Assembly (NCBI GenBank): GCA_963771885.1
Contig: CAVYVF010000022.1
Span: 320,001-384,000 of the forward strand
Source: Candidatus Bathyarchaeota archaeon
Lineage (GTDB): Archaea; Thermoproteota; Bathyarchaeia; TCS64
Reading direction: 5' to 3'
DNA: 64,000 nt
Made by a program: the position numbers and the translations under genes. The notes below the pieces were generated by a model. That model saw only the letters and a program-made list of their open reading frames with translations. It made no database searches and had not been told where the DNA came from. How positions within the stretch are numbered: the stretch's first letter is position 1; every line of letters begins with the position of its first letter. Below are positions 63,163 to 64,000 of this stretch, one piece after another.

Positions 63163-63200
63163 CGATGAGGTTGGTTATATTTTGTTCCAATCCTACGTCG
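63163..63200 (+). repeat. 38-bp direct repeat, copy B
   Basis: CGATGAGGTTGGTTATATTTTGTTCCAATCCTACGTCG. Confidence 0.9.
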
Positions 63201-63346
63201 GGAAGTACTTTTGAAAGGCTCCAATCGACTCCAAAAATGATTAGGCCTATGAATTCACCTGCCTTTTTCCAGCGTGTACAATCGGATAATTTGTATAAAT
63301 TTAGGGGGTACGCTTATTTCCTCCATACACATCTAGGGATATTGGT

Positions 63347-63511
63347 ATGGATGAAGCCAACCTAGCTGAAGCGATAGAAATTTTACGCATTCGCGAGGAG
63401 AGGGTTCGCAAGGCTAGGCAGTACCTTGAAGCAAAGTATCGCGTTCATAGGATGAACGAACTGTTAAAGGAATTCAGAGCAGTCCAAGAAATACCCCAAC
63501 CAGCAGCTTAG
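63347..63511 (+). CDS. 54-aa helical hypothetical microprotein
   Basis: MDEANLAEAIEILRIREERVRKARQYLEAKYRVHRMNELLKEFRAVQEIPQPAA; upstream TATA-like TTGTATAAAT. Confidence 0.5.
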   Translation: MDEANLAEAIEILRIREERVRKARQYLEAKYRVHRMNELLKEFRAVQEIPQPAA

Positions 63512-63746
63512 AACTCGGATAACTCACACGATCCATTCTGCGAGTGCAAGTAGAGCAAATAAACAATAGAATCTGAGTTACCGCTCCATAAAAAATATCC
63601 CAACACTTGGCGATGATTATTCGGCGAATTCGGCATCAACGCGTTCGCCGCCTGCAACTAGGGCTCCGAAGAGGGGCCCGAATTTTCAATCATTTTAGGA
63701 AATGGTTTGAGCTGACTTGATTGATCACGTTACTAGTTGTTGAGCA

Positions 63747-64000
63747 TCAGCCCAACTTTTCAAGCGCTGACTCCATCTCGGCGGGGAACTCTTCATTGAT
63801 TCGTGTCAGGATCATGTCGACGATAAACTGCTTATACTGAGGGTCACCCATCCCCGGAAAGTATACCCAGTGATGTCCCCCCTTCCCGGTTTCATCCTCC
63901 CCCCGTAGGATACCCAAGCCCCGTAGGTATTCGAGGAAGTTTATGATGCTTGCGCGTGATATGCTGTTTTGGCCAAGTTTTTTATTGACTGTTATGGTCA
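63747..64000 (-). CDS. Winged-helix DNA-binding protein (BlaI/CopY-like); N-terminus outside the window
   Basis: Manual translation ..SISRASIINFLEYLRGLGIL..EDETGKGGHHWVY..EKLG*. Confidence 0.7.
   Translation of the reverse strand, partial: TITVNKKLGQNSISRASIINFLEYLRGLGILRGEDETGKGGHHWVYFPGMGDPQYKQFIVDMILTRINEEFPAEMESALEKLG

Larger units (their letters stand above)
49471..63164. repeat. Dispersed short alternating purine-pyrimidine tracts (GTGCGCGCG-type) at gene junctions
   Basis: Copies at 49471, 51239, 51754, 51871 (imperfect), 54159/54172, 59136, 59822, 63065, 63119 and 63155. Confidence 0.65.

Noticed and set aside
49436..63200. Integron cassette array
   Set aside because: No IntI gene and no consistent RYYYAAC...GTTRRRY attC hairpins; genes are in mixed orientation with their own upstream regions
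59783..63200. CRISPR array based on the 38-bp palindromic repeat
   Set aside because: Only two copies 3.3 kb apart, no spacer-sized intervals and no cas genes
63217..63225. GGCTCCAAT matching the tRNA-Cys 3' end (49430-49438) as an attR site
   Set aside because: A 9-bp match is easily expected by chance in 64 kb and no integrase is present, although its position near the mosaic edge is noted

Overview
Archaeal chromosomal window. Gene content, TATA/BRE promoters and protein families suggest a Bathyarchaeia-like lineage; this is inference, not a database result. 1-33.8 kb is GC-rich core-like DNA. It encodes a group 4 membrane-bound [NiFe]-hydrogenase operon with its maturation protease, MoeB, a divergent presenilin homolog, an Opp/Dpp ABC transporter, nucleotide-sugar genes (acetyltransferase, aminotransferase, dehydrogenase, UDP-sulfoquinovose synthase), proteases (HtrA, PSH presenilin), an AcuC-type deacetylase and PncA/PncB. 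33.9-49.3 kb is visibly more AT-rich and built from paralog pairs: two UbiA prenyltransferases, two REC-PAS-kinase proteins (one a pseudokinase) and two unannotated ~52-aa zinc-finger microproteins. tRNA-Cys(GCA) at 49.4 kb is followed by a mosaic of unrelated accessory genes whose junctions repeatedly carry short alternating purine-pyrimidine (GCGCGC-type) tracts, with a 38-bp direct repeat bracketing one module. This mosaic includes a single polypeptide fusing a CxxCH heme-c motif, Ig-like repeats, a CcsA/CcmF-like WWD heme-handling domain and a His-rich cytochrome-b-like membrane domain. Many genes carry single-base frameshifts, mostly in homopolymers, which are probably sequencing errors. 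No CRISPR array, rRNA, transposase or integrase was recognised.
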